NCBI GenBank assembly: GCA_004298325.1
Contig: SCUF01000253.1
Coordinates: forward strand, 6,762 to 70,761
From: Betaproteobacteria bacterium
GTDB taxonomy: Bacteria > Pseudomonadota > Gammaproteobacteria > Burkholderiales > SG8-39
DNA length: 64,000 nucleotides
Reading direction: 5' to 3'
Numbering within the stretch: position 1 is the first letter of the stretch; the number at the start of each line of letters is the position of its first letter. Shown here in pieces: positions 7,498-16,311 of this stretch. The translations under genes and the position numbers were made by a program. Below the pieces are notes generated by a model. That model was not told where the DNA came from, ran no database searches, and saw only the letters and a program-made list of their open reading frames with translations.

Positions 7498-8781
7498 ATG
7501 GCAGACGAGAGCAAGGTCGTCCAGGGCATCTTTTCCTCGGAAAGCTGGGCGGCGGACCTGATCCGCAACGACCGCGGGAAGATCGCCGAATGCTGGGAGA
7601 ACATCTGCTCGATCCTCGAGAGGCACCCGGCCTGGCGCGGGGTGCTCGCGTTCGACGAGTTCGCGCAGCAGCCTGTGACGAGGAAGCCCGCGCCGTTCGC
7701 GCAAGCCGCGGGCCGCTGGCAGCCCGAGCACGAGTACGAGGTGGGCCTTTGGCTCGCCAATCACCTCAAGATGACGACGCGCGGCATGGCCGCGATCCGC
7801 GATGGCGTGATGGCCTGCGCGATGCGTCACAAGTTCCACCCGGTGAAGGAGTACCTCGACGGACTGCACTGGGACGGCACCGAGCGCGCGGCGACGTGGA
7901 TGCAGGAGCTGCTCGGCGCGGCCGATACGCCCTACGTGCGCGCGGTGTCGGCGTACTTCCTGCGCAATCTCGTCTGGCGCATCTACGACCCGGGCTGCGT
8001 GATGCGCTCGGTGCCGGTGCTCGAGGGGCCGCAGAATCGCGGCAAGAGCACGGCGGTGCGGATTCTCGGCGGCGAGTGGTACAGCGACGCGCAGCTGGAT
8101 GTGGGTTCCCGCGATTCCTTCGAGCTGATCCAGGGCGTCTGGGTGTACGAGATCGGCGAGATGGCGGGCTTCAACAAGACCGACGCCAACCGCGTGAAGC
8201 ACTTCATTTCGCAGCAGGTGGATTCCTGGGTGCCGAAGTACGTGCGCGGCCGCATCCAGGTGCCGCGGTCGGCGGTGTTCGTCGGCACGACGAACGACTC
8301 GCTCTATTTCCGCGACTGGTCGGGCAACACGCGCTTCTGGCCGATCCGCTGCGAGGTGACGGGCGAGATCCGCACGGACCTGCTCGCCGAGCTGCGGGAT
8401 CAGCTCATTGCGGAAGCCGTCGTCGCCTACCGGACGAAGCTGCGCCGGCACCCGACGCGCGAGGAGGAAACCGAGCTTTTCGAGCCGGAGCAGGCGCAGC
8501 GGCTCGCCGAGCACCCCTGGCAGCCGGTGATCTTCACCTGGCTGAAGGGCAATCCGCGAGGCCGGGTCTACACCGAGGAGATCCTCACCGACGGGCTCAA
8601 GGTGGAGACCTCGAAGATGCTCGAGACCCACAGCGCCGTGGTGGGCCGGATCATGCACGCGCTTGGGTGGGAGCGCCGGCGCGAGCCTTCGGGGGACCGG
8701 CGGTGGTTTTATGAAAAGCCTGCGCAGCCGAAAGGGGCGGGCGCTGAAAAGGGGGGTAGCGGTGAGTCGATCCCGTTCTAG
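7498..8781 (+). CDS. VirE-family (virulence-associated protein E) P-loop replication NTPase
   Basis: VLEGPQNRGKSTAVRILGG (Walker A) ... VYEIGEMAGFNKTDANRVKHFIS ... VFVGTTNDSLYFRDWSGNTRFWPIRC are typical VirE/primase-helicase C-terminal motifs. Confidence 0.8.
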   Translation: MADESKVVQGIFSSESWAADLIRNDRGKIAECWENICSILERHPAWRGVLAFDEFAQQPVTRKPAPFAQAAGRWQPEHEYEVGLWLANHLKMTTRGMAAIRDGVMACAMRHKFHPVKEYLDGLHWDGTERAATWMQELLGAADTPYVRAVSAYFLRNLVWRIYDPGCVMRSVPVLEGPQNRGKSTAVRILGGEWYSDAQLDVGSRDSFELIQGVWVYEIGEMAGFNKTDANRVKHFISQQVDSWVPKYVRGRIQVPRSAVFVGTTNDSLYFRDWSGNTRFWPIRCEVTGEIRTDLLAELRDQLIAEAVVAYRTKLRRHPTREEETELFEPEQAQRLAEHPWQPVIFTWLKGNPRGRVYTEEILTDGLKVETSKMLETHSAVVGRIMHALGWERRREPSGDRRWFYEKPAQPKGAGAEKGGSGESIPF

Positions 8782-8782
8782 C

Positions 8783-8888
8783 CGTCCCAGCGTCCCAGCA
8801 CGTCCCAGCACATTTGACGCGCGCACACATACGCGCGCGCGCGGGCGCGCACGTGGATACCACCCGGACGTGCTGGGACGGTGGGACG
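8783..8888. repeat. iteron/inverted-repeat element; candidate phage replication origin
   Basis: CGTCCCAG x3 (8783-8790, 8791-8798, 8801-8808). Inverted copies CTGGGACG at 8873-8880 and GTGGGACG at 8881-8888. An 11-bp perfect inverted repeat CGTCCCAGCAC / GTGCTGGGACG flanks an alternating purine-pyrimidine tract (cgcgcgcacacatacgcgcgcgcgcgggcgcgcacgtg). Confidence 0.4.
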
Positions 8889-8916
8889 AGTGACGGAAGG
8901 ACGGGAGCCTGGCTGG

Positions 8917-9090
8917 ATGCGATCGAAGATGCCGACGGTGGCGAAGTGGATCGACGAAATGCGGGAGGCGTTCGGCCGCGCTGAGATCGACCAGGCGAAC
9001 TGGGGCGCGCAGGCGGACGGCACCTTCGGCGCGACCGAGAACGGGCACACGATCGGCAGCCACGCTGCCACGGAAAGGAAGGCGGCATGA
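8917..9090 (+). CDS. hypothetical small protein
   Basis: MRSKMPTVAKWIDEMREAFGRAEIDQ; track ORF 8881..9090 with an internal ATG at 8917. Confidence 0.45.
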   Translation: MRSKMPTVAKWIDEMREAFGRAEIDQANWGAQADGTFGATENGHTIGSHAATERKAA

Positions 9091-9830
9091 GCGCCATGGT
9101 CGGTCGCGTGGATCTGCGGGAGATTGTCGGGCGCTCGCTCAACTCCTCGTCGCTCACGATCGCGGGCCGCGCGCCATCGGCCGAGACGCCGCTGCAGCGG
9201 GTCGGTGCGCTCGGCCTGGCGGCGCTGCACATCCACCATGGAGCCGATCGCCTCGGCGTGCCGGTGGCGACGGTGGTGTCGAGGCCTGCCCATGTGCCCG
9301 ATCGCAGGGACGTGATCGCAGCAGATCTGGCGCGCAACCTCTGGCACATCGCGTATGCACGGCAGCACGAGGCCGTGCCCAAGGCCACCGAGCTCTTCGC
9401 CGAGTGGATGAGCACGGCCGCGCGCGTGACGTCGCACTTCGAGAAGCACGGGCCCACGCAGGCAGCCGAGCAGCATGAGCTCCTGCGGCGCTTCGCCGTG
9501 CACGTCCTGCACGAGTGGCTGTCGGATCGGTGCATCGCCTGCGGCGGGAGCGGGAAGCTCGAGCGCAGCCGCACTGGATCTTGGGTGAGACCGCGCGGCT
9601 CTATGCAGAGGAACGCCGTCTTCCGTGTCTGCCCGGCCTGCCATGGCAGCCGGCGCCAGGCGCCGAGCCACGGTGCGCGCGCGAGAGCGTTGGAGATCAC
9701 GAACGCGCAGTACGAGCACGAGCGCTGGGCCGCGCACTTCACGGCCGCGCAGGCGTGGCTGAACTCGCAGATCCTGCGGTTGATGCGGCCGTTGACGATT
9801 CAGTTGGAGCGTGGTAGAAAGCGCGGGTAG
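9087..9830 (+). CDS. zinc-finger protein (247 aa), positioned like a late-gene regulator
   Basis: CIACGGSGK...CPACHGS (CxxCxGxG-type). Last gene before the terminator and packaging operon. Confidence 0.5.
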   Translation: MSAMVGRVDLREIVGRSLNSSSLTIAGRAPSAETPLQRVGALGLAALHIHHGADRLGVPVATVVSRPAHVPDRRDVIAADLARNLWHIAYARQHEAVPKATELFAEWMSTAARVTSHFEKHGPTQAAEQHELLRRFAVHVLHEWLSDRCIACGGSGKLERSRTGSWVRPRGSMQRNAVFRVCPACHGSRRQAPSHGARARALEITNAQYEHERWAAHFTAAQAWLNSQILRLMRPLTIQLERGRKRG

Positions 9831-9931
9831 TTGAACGCGCGGCAGGCCAGCACCATCGGCCCGCCACCCTCGGGGAGCAGGCGACGGTTACCCCGACTGG
9901 CACGGACGCCTCCGTTCGCCCTGAATCAATC

Positions 9932-9970
9932 GAAGCCCGATCGGCAGCAGCGGTCGGGCTTCTGCGTTTC
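9932..9970 (+). terminator. hairpin terminator-like element
   Basis: 12-bp stem GAAGCCCGATCG / CGGTCGGGCTTC (one G-U pair), 7-nt loop, then TGCGTTTC. Confidence 0.5.
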
Positions 9971-10042
9971 AGGTAGCGCCAGCGTCGCGGGTCCTTCCAG
10001 CAAAAAAATCGTATACGGCCGCCAAGACCGCGAAAAAGCGCT

Positions 10043-10065
10043 AGTCAGTCAACTCTCGACTGACT
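10043..10065. promoter_or_regulatory. 8-bp inverted repeat upstream of the terminase small subunit
   Basis: AGTCAGTC (10043-10050) and GACTGACT (10058-10065), with a 7-nt spacer. Confidence 0.35.
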
Positions 10066-10109
10066 CAAGAGCATTGACGGCCCTCAAGCACCTAGTCTCA
10101 AGGCCCTCT

Positions 10110-10898
10110 ATGCGACTGATCTCCAAGGCGGAATTCGCGCGCGAGCGTGGCGTGCATCCGAGCCGTGTGTCGCAATGGCTGCGCGATGGGCGTGTGACCG
10201 AGGCGGGTGAGCACGGGCGGATCGACGCGGACGCGGCGCACGCGCGGCTCGATGCGCACCTGGACCAGGCGAAGGGTTCGCGACGCAACGGCAACGTGAC
10301 CTCGAGCGCGCCGGTGGCGGTTGCGAGCGGCCCGGGTTCGGCGTCGGCGTCGGTGGTGGTTGCGAGCGCCTTGGCGTCTGCGTCTGCATCGATGCCTGGC
10401 GCGGTCGCTGGTGGCGATGGTGCTGCGAGCGGCGAGTTGTCGCTCGGACGCGCGCCTGATGATGCGGCGGGACCGGCTGGTCGCGACGCTGCGCTGGCTA
10501 ATGATGATCGCGACGATCCGGCCGGCGACGGCGCTCGTGGCGACACGCCGCCGACGAAGCCTGGTACGCGCGACGAGTCGGGTTACTGGGAACACAAGGC
10601 GCGGCGCGAGCGCGCGGAAGCGCAGCTCGCGGAGATGAAGGCGCTCGCCGCGGCGGGGGCGCTGACCTCTGCGCCGGCGGTGGCGAAGATCGCGCGCGAG
10701 ATGGCGCGCCAGGCGCGGAACGATTTGCTCGGCATGGTGGACCGGCTGGCGCCGGTCCTCGATCCCGCGAGCCCGGCGCGCGCGCACAAGCTGCTGACCG
10801 ACGAAGTGCAAAAGGTGATCCGTGAACTCTGTCGCCGACTGGATGAGCGGGCCGCCGGCGCTGCCGAGGCTCGCGAACCCGACGCAACTGTGGTGTAG
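10110..10898 (+). CDS. terS: terminase small subunit (Nu1-like N-terminal HTH)
   Basis: MRLISKAEFARERGVHPSRVSQWLRDGRV is HTH-like; low-complexity Ala/Ser/Asp middle; sits immediately upstream of and overlapping TerL. Confidence 0.65.
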   Translation: MRLISKAEFARERGVHPSRVSQWLRDGRVTEAGEHGRIDADAAHARLDAHLDQAKGSRRNGNVTSSAPVAVASGPGSASASVVVASALASASASMPGAVAGGDGAASGELSLGRAPDDAAGPAGRDAALANDDRDDPAGDGARGDTPPTKPGTRDESGYWEHKARRERAEAQLAEMKALAAAGALTSAPAVAKIAREMARQARNDLLGMVDRLAPVLDPASPARAHKLLTDEVQKVIRELCRRLDERAAGAAEAREPDATVV

Positions 10899-12951
10899 CG
10901 CCTTCTCGGAGGGGCTCGCGCTCGACCCTGAGCGCACGGTGAGCGAGTGGGCGGACGCGAATCGCGTGCTCTCGAAGGCGGCCTCCGCCGAGCCGGGGCG
11001 CTGGAGCACCGAGCGCACGCCGTACCTGCGCGAGATCATGGACGCGCTCTCGCCGACCGACCCGGTGCAGCACGTCGTGCTGCAGAAGGCGACGCAGTTG
11101 GGCGGCACGGAGTGCGGCAACAACTGGATCGGCGCCATCATCGACCAGGGCCTCGGGCCGACGATGATGGTGCAGCCGACCTCGAACGCGGCGAAGAAGG
11201 CTTCGCGCACGCGCCTCGGGCCGATGATCCGGGACACGCCCTGCCTGCGCGAGAAGGTGCGCGAGGCGAAGTCACGCGACAGTGGCAACACGATCCTGCT
11301 GAAGGAATTCGACGGCGGCGTGCTGATCCTCGCCGGCGCGAACTCGGCCACGGAACTGAAGTCGAGCCCGGTGCGGAACCAGTTCCTCGACGAGACCGAG
11401 GAATACCCGGCCGACGTCGACGGCCAGGGCGACCCCGAGGAGCTCGCCGAGAAGCGCACCGACACCTTCGCGCGGCGCAAGATCTTCAAGGTCTCGACGC
11501 CGACGATCAGCGGCGGGCGCATCGACGTGGCGTACAAGGCGAGCGACCAGCGGCTCTACCTCGTGCCGTGTCCGCAATGCGGCCATCACCAGGCGCTGCG
11601 CTTCGAGCAGCTCCGGTGGGAAACGCGCAAGGTGCTGGAACTCACCGACGCGGACTCGGGCGAGATCCGCGAAGTGGCGGCGGGCGATGCCGGCGCCGAG
11701 CAGTCGGTGGAGCGCGACACGGGCGAGCTGCTCGATGTGTGGTACGAGTGCGCGGGGTGTCGCGCGCGCATCGACGAGCACGCGAAGTCGGACATCCTGC
11801 GCGATGCGGCCCTGGGGGGCACGGCGCACTGGGTGCCGCAGAATCCCGGCCCCGATCGCGCGAAGGGCTACAAGATCAACGCGCTGTATTCGCCGCTCGG
11901 GTGGTTCGGCTGGCGCCAGGTGGTGCTGAAGAAGCTCGCGGCGGACAAGGACCCGAGCGGCACCAAGCTGAAGACGTTCTGGAACACGATCCTCGGCGAG
12001 GCCTACGACGAGGCGGGCGAGGCGATCGAGCCACACTTTCTCAAGGCGCGCATCGAACCTTGGCGCATCGGCGGCATGGTGCCGGCCAAGTGCCTGCTGC
12101 TCGCTGCCGGGGTGGACGTGCAGCACAACCGGCTCGAGGTGTACGTGTGGGGCTTCGGGCGGGACCTGGAAAGCTGGGTCGTCGATCGCCAGGTGATTTA
12201 CGGCTCGCCTGCGCTCGAGGAGACCTGGCGCGCGCTTGAGGACCTGCTCGCGAAAGGCTGGGCACACGCAGGCGGGCAGAGCCTGCGCCTGACGCGCCTC
12301 GCGATCGATTCGTCGGATGGCGTCACGACGCACTACGTGCGCGTCTTCGCGCGCAAGTGGATGCACACGAGCCGCGTCATCGCGGTCAAGGGCCAGTCGG
12401 TCGCCGGCAAGGCGTTGATCGGCAAGCCCACGAAGCAGGACGTGAACTACCGCGGCGAGATCCTGAAGCAGGGTGTCGAGATCTGGCAATACGGCGCCGA
12501 CACCGCGAAGGGCGCGCTCTATGCGCGCCTGAAGATCGAGGAACCCGGCGCGGGCTACGTGCACATCCCGAGCGGATTGCCGGACGAATTCTTCGAGCAG
12601 CTCACGGCGGAAAAACGCGTGACGCGCTACCTGCGTGGGCAGCCGCGCGTGGAGTGGGTGCTGGAGAAGGGGCGGCGCAACGAAGCCCTGGACTGCGCCG
12701 GCATGGCGCACGCCGCCGCCGAATCGGCGGGCCTCGCGCGCGTCAACTGGGATGCGCTCGAGCGGCTGATCAACCCAGGCCAGCGCGACCTGTTCGCCGA
12801 AGCGGCGAAGCCTGCGATACCGACTGCCGGCGCCGACGCAGCCTCTGCAGGGGCGGATGCGGTGCCGGCGCCGCCCGCTGCCGTTGTGCACACGTCTGGA
12901 CTCGCGCCGGCGCGGCGCGGCCGGCGCGTGCGCGGCCGCATGACGCACTGA
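10822..12951 (+). CDS. terL: terminase large subunit, lambda GpA family
   Basis: 709-aa ORF. ...WSTERTPYLREIMDALSP...VVLQKATQLGGTECGNNWIG... and zinc-ribbon CPQCGHHQ...CAGCRARI are typical of GpA. The true start may be downstream of 10822. Confidence 0.9.
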   Translation: MNSVADWMSGPPALPRLANPTQLWCSAFSEGLALDPERTVSEWADANRVLSKAASAEPGRWSTERTPYLREIMDALSPTDPVQHVVLQKATQLGGTECGNNWIGAIIDQGLGPTMMVQPTSNAAKKASRTRLGPMIRDTPCLREKVREAKSRDSGNTILLKEFDGGVLILAGANSATELKSSPVRNQFLDETEEYPADVDGQGDPEELAEKRTDTFARRKIFKVSTPTISGGRIDVAYKASDQRLYLVPCPQCGHHQALRFEQLRWETRKVLELTDADSGEIREVAAGDAGAEQSVERDTGELLDVWYECAGCRARIDEHAKSDILRDAALGGTAHWVPQNPGPDRAKGYKINALYSPLGWFGWRQVVLKKLAADKDPSGTKLKTFWNTILGEAYDEAGEAIEPHFLKARIEPWRIGGMVPAKCLLLAAGVDVQHNRLEVYVWGFGRDLESWVVDRQVIYGSPALEETWRALEDLLAKGWAHAGGQSLRLTRLAIDSSDGVTTHYVRVFARKWMHTSRVIAVKGQSVAGKALIGKPTKQDVNYRGEILKQGVEIWQYGADTAKGALYARLKIEEPGAGYVHIPSGLPDEFFEQLTAEKRVTRYLRGQPRVEWVLEKGRRNEALDCAGMAHAAAESAGLARVNWDALERLINPGQRDLFAEAAKPAIPTAGADAASAGADAVPAPPAAVVHTSGLAPARRGRRVRGRMTH

Positions 12952-12964
12952 AGGAGAGGACTCC

Positions 12965-13186
12965 ATGGCAGGCATCACGCTGGCGCAGGCCGAGGCGAAG
13001 CTCGCGGCCTATCTGGACGCGGAGACCGCGGTTCTCTCGGGGCAGGAGTACACCATCGGCAGCCGGCGGCTGCGGCGCGCGGATCTCGCGGAGATCCGCG
13101 AGGGCGTGACGTTCTGGAACGGCAAGGTGGCGGAGCTCTCGAACGGCGGGGCCGGCGTGCGGGTGCGCGGCCTGACGCTCGGCTAG
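12965..13186 (+). CDS. gpW-like head-tail joining protein
   Basis: 73 aa, positioned between TerL and portal. Pattern AKLAAYLDAETAVLSGQEYTIGSRRLRRADLAEIREGV parallels lambda gpW. Confidence 0.75.
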   Translation: MAGITLAQAEAKLAAYLDAETAVLSGQEYTIGSRRLRRADLAEIREGVTFWNGKVAELSNGGAGVRVRGLTLG

Positions 13187-13191
13187 CCGGC

Positions 13192-15003
13192 ATGCAATAC
13201 CGCATTCGCGCCGGCCGGCAGACGGTCACGGTCGACGAGACGCTGCTCGACCGGGCGGTGCGCTATGTCGACCCGGTGCGCGCGCGCGCGCGCATGGCGG
13301 CGCGCCTGCAGCTCGCGGCGGCGGGCGGCTACACGGGCGCCGCGCGCTCGAGCCGCCGGCTCGGGGCGTGGAAGCCGGGGGGCGGCTCGGCGGATGCGGA
13401 CCTCCTGCCGGACCTCGCGGCGCTGCGGGAGCGCTCGCGCGATCTCGTGCGGAACGCCCCGCTCGCCTCGGGCGCGATCAACACCGTCGCGACGAACGTC
13501 GTCGGCACGGGACTCATGCCGAAGGCACAGCCTCGCCGCGCGATCCTCGGCTGGACCGAAGAACGGGCCGCGGCGTGGAAGCGCACGGTCGAGCAGGAAT
13601 TTGCGGCCTGGGCCGAGTGCACGGCGTGCGATGCGACGCGCACGCAGTCGTTCTACGGGCTGCAGGACCTGGCATTCCGCTCGGCGCTGGAGAACGGCGA
13701 TTGCTTCGCGCTCACGCCGATGATCGAGCGCCCGGGCGTGCGCTATGCGACCGCCGTGCAACTGATCGAGGGCGACCGCTGCTCGAACCTGGACGGCAAG
13801 AGCGACACGCCGCGCCTGGCGGGCGGCGTGGCGCTGGATGAGCACGGGGCGCCGGTGGCGTACCACTTCCGGCGGGAGCACCCGGGCGAGCTGCGCCTGA
13901 CGACGCGCACCTGGGACGTGGTGCCGGCGTTCGGCGCCGAGAGCGGCCGGCGGAACGTCCTTCACCTCTACGGCAAGCGCCGGATCGGGCAGACGCGCGG
14001 CGCGCCGTACCTCGCGCCGGTGATCGAGGCGTTCAAGAATCTCGATCGCTACACCGAGGCCGAGATTTTCGCGGCGGTGGCGAACGCGATGTTCGCGATC
14101 AAGGTGAAGACGCCCGAGAAGACGGGCTTGTCGCCGCTCGAGTCGGCGGTCACCGGGCAGACGCCGGGGTCGACCGCGACGGACGCGCGCGAATCGAACT
14201 GGGACGGCACGCTCACCGCGGGGCTGGTGGTGGACCTGGGGCAGGACGAAGAGGTGGATTCGTTCACGCCGGGCCGGCCGAACGCGCAGTTCGATCCGTT
14301 CGTGATGGCCGTGCTGATGCAGATGGGCGCGGCGCTCGAGCTGCCGGTCGAGGTGCTTACGAAGCGCTTTCAGAGTAGCTACAGCGCGGCGCGCGGGGCG
14401 CTGCTGGAAGCGTGGAAGTTTTACCGCAACCGGCGGGCGTGGCTCGCGGAAGCGTTCTGCCAGCCGGTGTGGGAGACGTGGCTCGCCGAGGCAGTGGCGC
14501 GCGGCGCGGTGGATGCGCCGGGGTTTTTCGCCGATCCGCTCCTGCGCTACGCCTACAGCTACGCCACCTGGCACGGCGACGGGCCTGGATCGATCGATCC
14601 GGCGAAGGAAGCCACCGCGGTCGAGAAGCGCCTGCAGATCCACCTTTCGACGCTCGACCAGGAGATCGCCGAGTACAGCGGCGGCGACGCCGAGAGCACG
14701 CTCGAGCAGGCGGGGCGCGAGAAGGCGATGCGCGAGAAGCATGGCCTCGAGAGCCCTGCGCCGACGGCGGCCGGGCAGGGGGCGAGGCCCGCGGGCGACG
14801 ACGCGGACAAAGCGGACGACGGCGAGGAAGACGCTGCGCCGCCGCGCGGCTACGGCTTGACGCTCAACCTCGACAACCGCATGGGCGGCAAGTCCACGCG
14901 CAAGGTGGACTTCATCGAGGATGCCGACGGGCATATCGTCGGCGCGCGCGAAACGGTGACGCACGTCGTGAGCGAAGTCACCGAGCTGGAGGGCGCGCCA
15001 TGA
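13192..15003 (+). CDS. portal protein, lambda (gpB) type
   Basis: 603 aa. ...LRERSRDLVRNAPLASGAINTVATNVVGTGL...; position after gpW. Confidence 0.9.
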   Translation: MQYRIRAGRQTVTVDETLLDRAVRYVDPVRARARMAARLQLAAAGGYTGAARSSRRLGAWKPGGGSADADLLPDLAALRERSRDLVRNAPLASGAINTVATNVVGTGLMPKAQPRRAILGWTEERAAAWKRTVEQEFAAWAECTACDATRTQSFYGLQDLAFRSALENGDCFALTPMIERPGVRYATAVQLIEGDRCSNLDGKSDTPRLAGGVALDEHGAPVAYHFRREHPGELRLTTRTWDVVPAFGAESGRRNVLHLYGKRRIGQTRGAPYLAPVIEAFKNLDRYTEAEIFAAVANAMFAIKVKTPEKTGLSPLESAVTGQTPGSTATDARESNWDGTLTAGLVVDLGQDEEVDSFTPGRPNAQFDPFVMAVLMQMGAALELPVEVLTKRFQSSYSAARGALLEAWKFYRNRRAWLAEAFCQPVWETWLAEAVARGAVDAPGFFADPLLRYAYSYATWHGDGPGSIDPAKEATAVEKRLQIHLSTLDQEIAEYSGGDAESTLEQAGREKAMREKHGLESPAPTAAGQGARPAGDDADKADDGEEDAAPPRGYGLTLNLDNRMGGKSTRKVDFIEDADGHIVGARETVTHVVSEVTELEGAP

Positions 15004-15371
15004 AACTGCGCTATCCGGCGGGGCGCCAGGCGTTTGGCGAAGCGCGGCTTAACTGGGCGAAGGACGACATCGTCGCGTTCCTTGTTGGCGCGAACTATCG
15101 CGTTTCGGAAACGCACCGTGCGGTCGCGGATCTCAAGGCCGTGGTGCACGGGCCCGTGGCGGTGGAGAACCGCACCATTACCGACGGCTTCGCACGTTGC
15201 AACCGCATCCGGTTTCCGGGCGTCAAGGGCGAGGCGAAGGCGCACGCGGTGGTGATCGCGAAGCGCGGCGGGGTGCTGGTCGCGTACAGCGACGAAGTGG
15301 CGAACTTCCCGGTGCAGCCGAACGGCGGCGACATCGACGTGAAGTTCGAGCCGTTCATTTTCCGACTGTGA
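15000..15371 (+). CDS. hypothetical head-module protein (123 aa)
   Basis: ATGA overlap with the portal stop; MKLRYPAGRQAFGEARLNWAKDDIVAFLV. Confidence 0.55.
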   Translation: MKLRYPAGRQAFGEARLNWAKDDIVAFLVGANYRVSETHRAVADLKAVVHGPVAVENRTITDGFARCNRIRFPGVKGEAKAHAVVIAKRGGVLVAYSDEVANFPVQPNGGDIDVKFEPFIFRL

Positions 15372-15378
15372 GGCACGC

Positions 15379-15615
15379 ATGGAATTCACCGCGTTGCAGG
15401 ACTTTTTCTGCGAGGACACGCAGAGCAGCTACGGCAAGGGCCTGAGCTACACCGTGCGCCCGGCGAATGCGTATCCGCTCGACCAGATGGACCCGAAGCT
15501 CGCCGCCCAGGTGCGGGGGCGCTGCGAAGCGCTCGCCAAGCTCGTGCCGCAGTGGATCAAGGAAGGCAAGGTCGCGCCGGGTCGTCCGGCCGGCGGCGCC
15601 GTGAGAGGAGGCTGA
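15379..15615 (+). CDS. hypothetical protein (78 aa)
   Basis: ORF track. Confidence 0.5.
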   Translation: MEFTALQDFFCEDTQSSYGKGLSYTVRPANAYPLDQMDPKLAAQVRGRCEALAKLVPQWIKEGKVAPGRPAGGAVRGG

Positions 15616-15616
15616 C

Positions 15617-15994
15617 ATGGCCGTTACGCATGCAACTGCGCTGCGCACGGTGCTGGCCGATGCCGCGGTCGATTCGATCGACAACGGCGCGGCCGCAGGG
15701 ACGCTCGAATTCCAGACGGCCGCGAGCGCGGAGGTCGCGACGCTGACGTTTTCCGATCCGGCGTTCGGCGCCGCGGCGAACGGCGTGGCGACGGCAAGCG
15801 CGATCACCTCGGACTCGAGCGCGACCGGCGGCACGATCACCAAGGCCGTGCTGCAGGACTCCGACGGCAACGACAAGATCCTCTGCTCGGTGACGGCGAC
15901 GGGCGGCGGCGGTGACATCGAGTTATCCAGCGTCGTGGTCTCGGCCGGCCAGACGGTGTCGGTGTCGAGTCTGACCTACACCGCGCCGGCGTGA
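15617..15994 (+). CDS. hypothetical Ala/Thr/Ser-rich protein (125 aa)
   Basis: ORF track; coupled to its neighbours. Confidence 0.55.
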   Translation: MAVTHATALRTVLADAAVDSIDNGAAAGTLEFQTAASAEVATLTFSDPAFGAAANGVATASAITSDSSATGGTITKAVLQDSDGNDKILCSVTATGGGGDIELSSVVVSAGQTVSVSSLTYTAPA

Positions 15995-16311
15995 TTCTCT
16001 GGCGCATCTACTACGGCGACGGGTCGACGTTCTCGAGCGAGGATGGCGGCGTCGATGTCGCGCCGCGTGGCAACGTCCAGCGGGTGGCCTATTACGATTC
16101 GGACGGCCGGCGCCATCAATGCCACGACCGCGATTACTACTATCCGGACGGCGATCGCTGGTTTGGCGTCGATCTCTCAGGGCTCTTCCAGTATCTCTAC
16201 GAGCCCGGCATGAAGGCCGTGTTTTTCGGCCGGACGATTCCGGATGCGAAGTACCGCAGGATCGCCTCGATTGCGGATAACGATCTGCCGCTGGAGCGCG
16301 CCGCGAAATGA
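15991..16311 (+). CDS. hypothetical protein (106 aa)
   Basis: GTGA overlap at 15991-15994; Tyr/Asp-rich. Confidence 0.55.
   Translation: MILWRIYYGDGSTFSSEDGGVDVAPRGNVQRVAYYDSDGRRHQCHDRDYYYPDGDRWFGVDLSGLFQYLYEPGMKAVFFGRTIPDAKYRRIASIADNDLPLERAAK

Noticed and set aside
7026-9063. Track ORFs 7026..8714 (+, 562 aa) and 7432..9063 (-, 543 aa)
   Set aside because: They are alternative-frame or antisense shadows of the VirE-like gene (7498..8781), which has clear Walker A and family motifs. The shadows are Arg/Pro/Gly-rich.
10098-14964. Minus-strand ORFs 10098..11537, 11272..12978 and 13183..14964
   Set aside because: They are antisense to terS, terL and the portal gene, all of which have recognisable family motifs. 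The minus-strand products have typical high-GC shadow composition.
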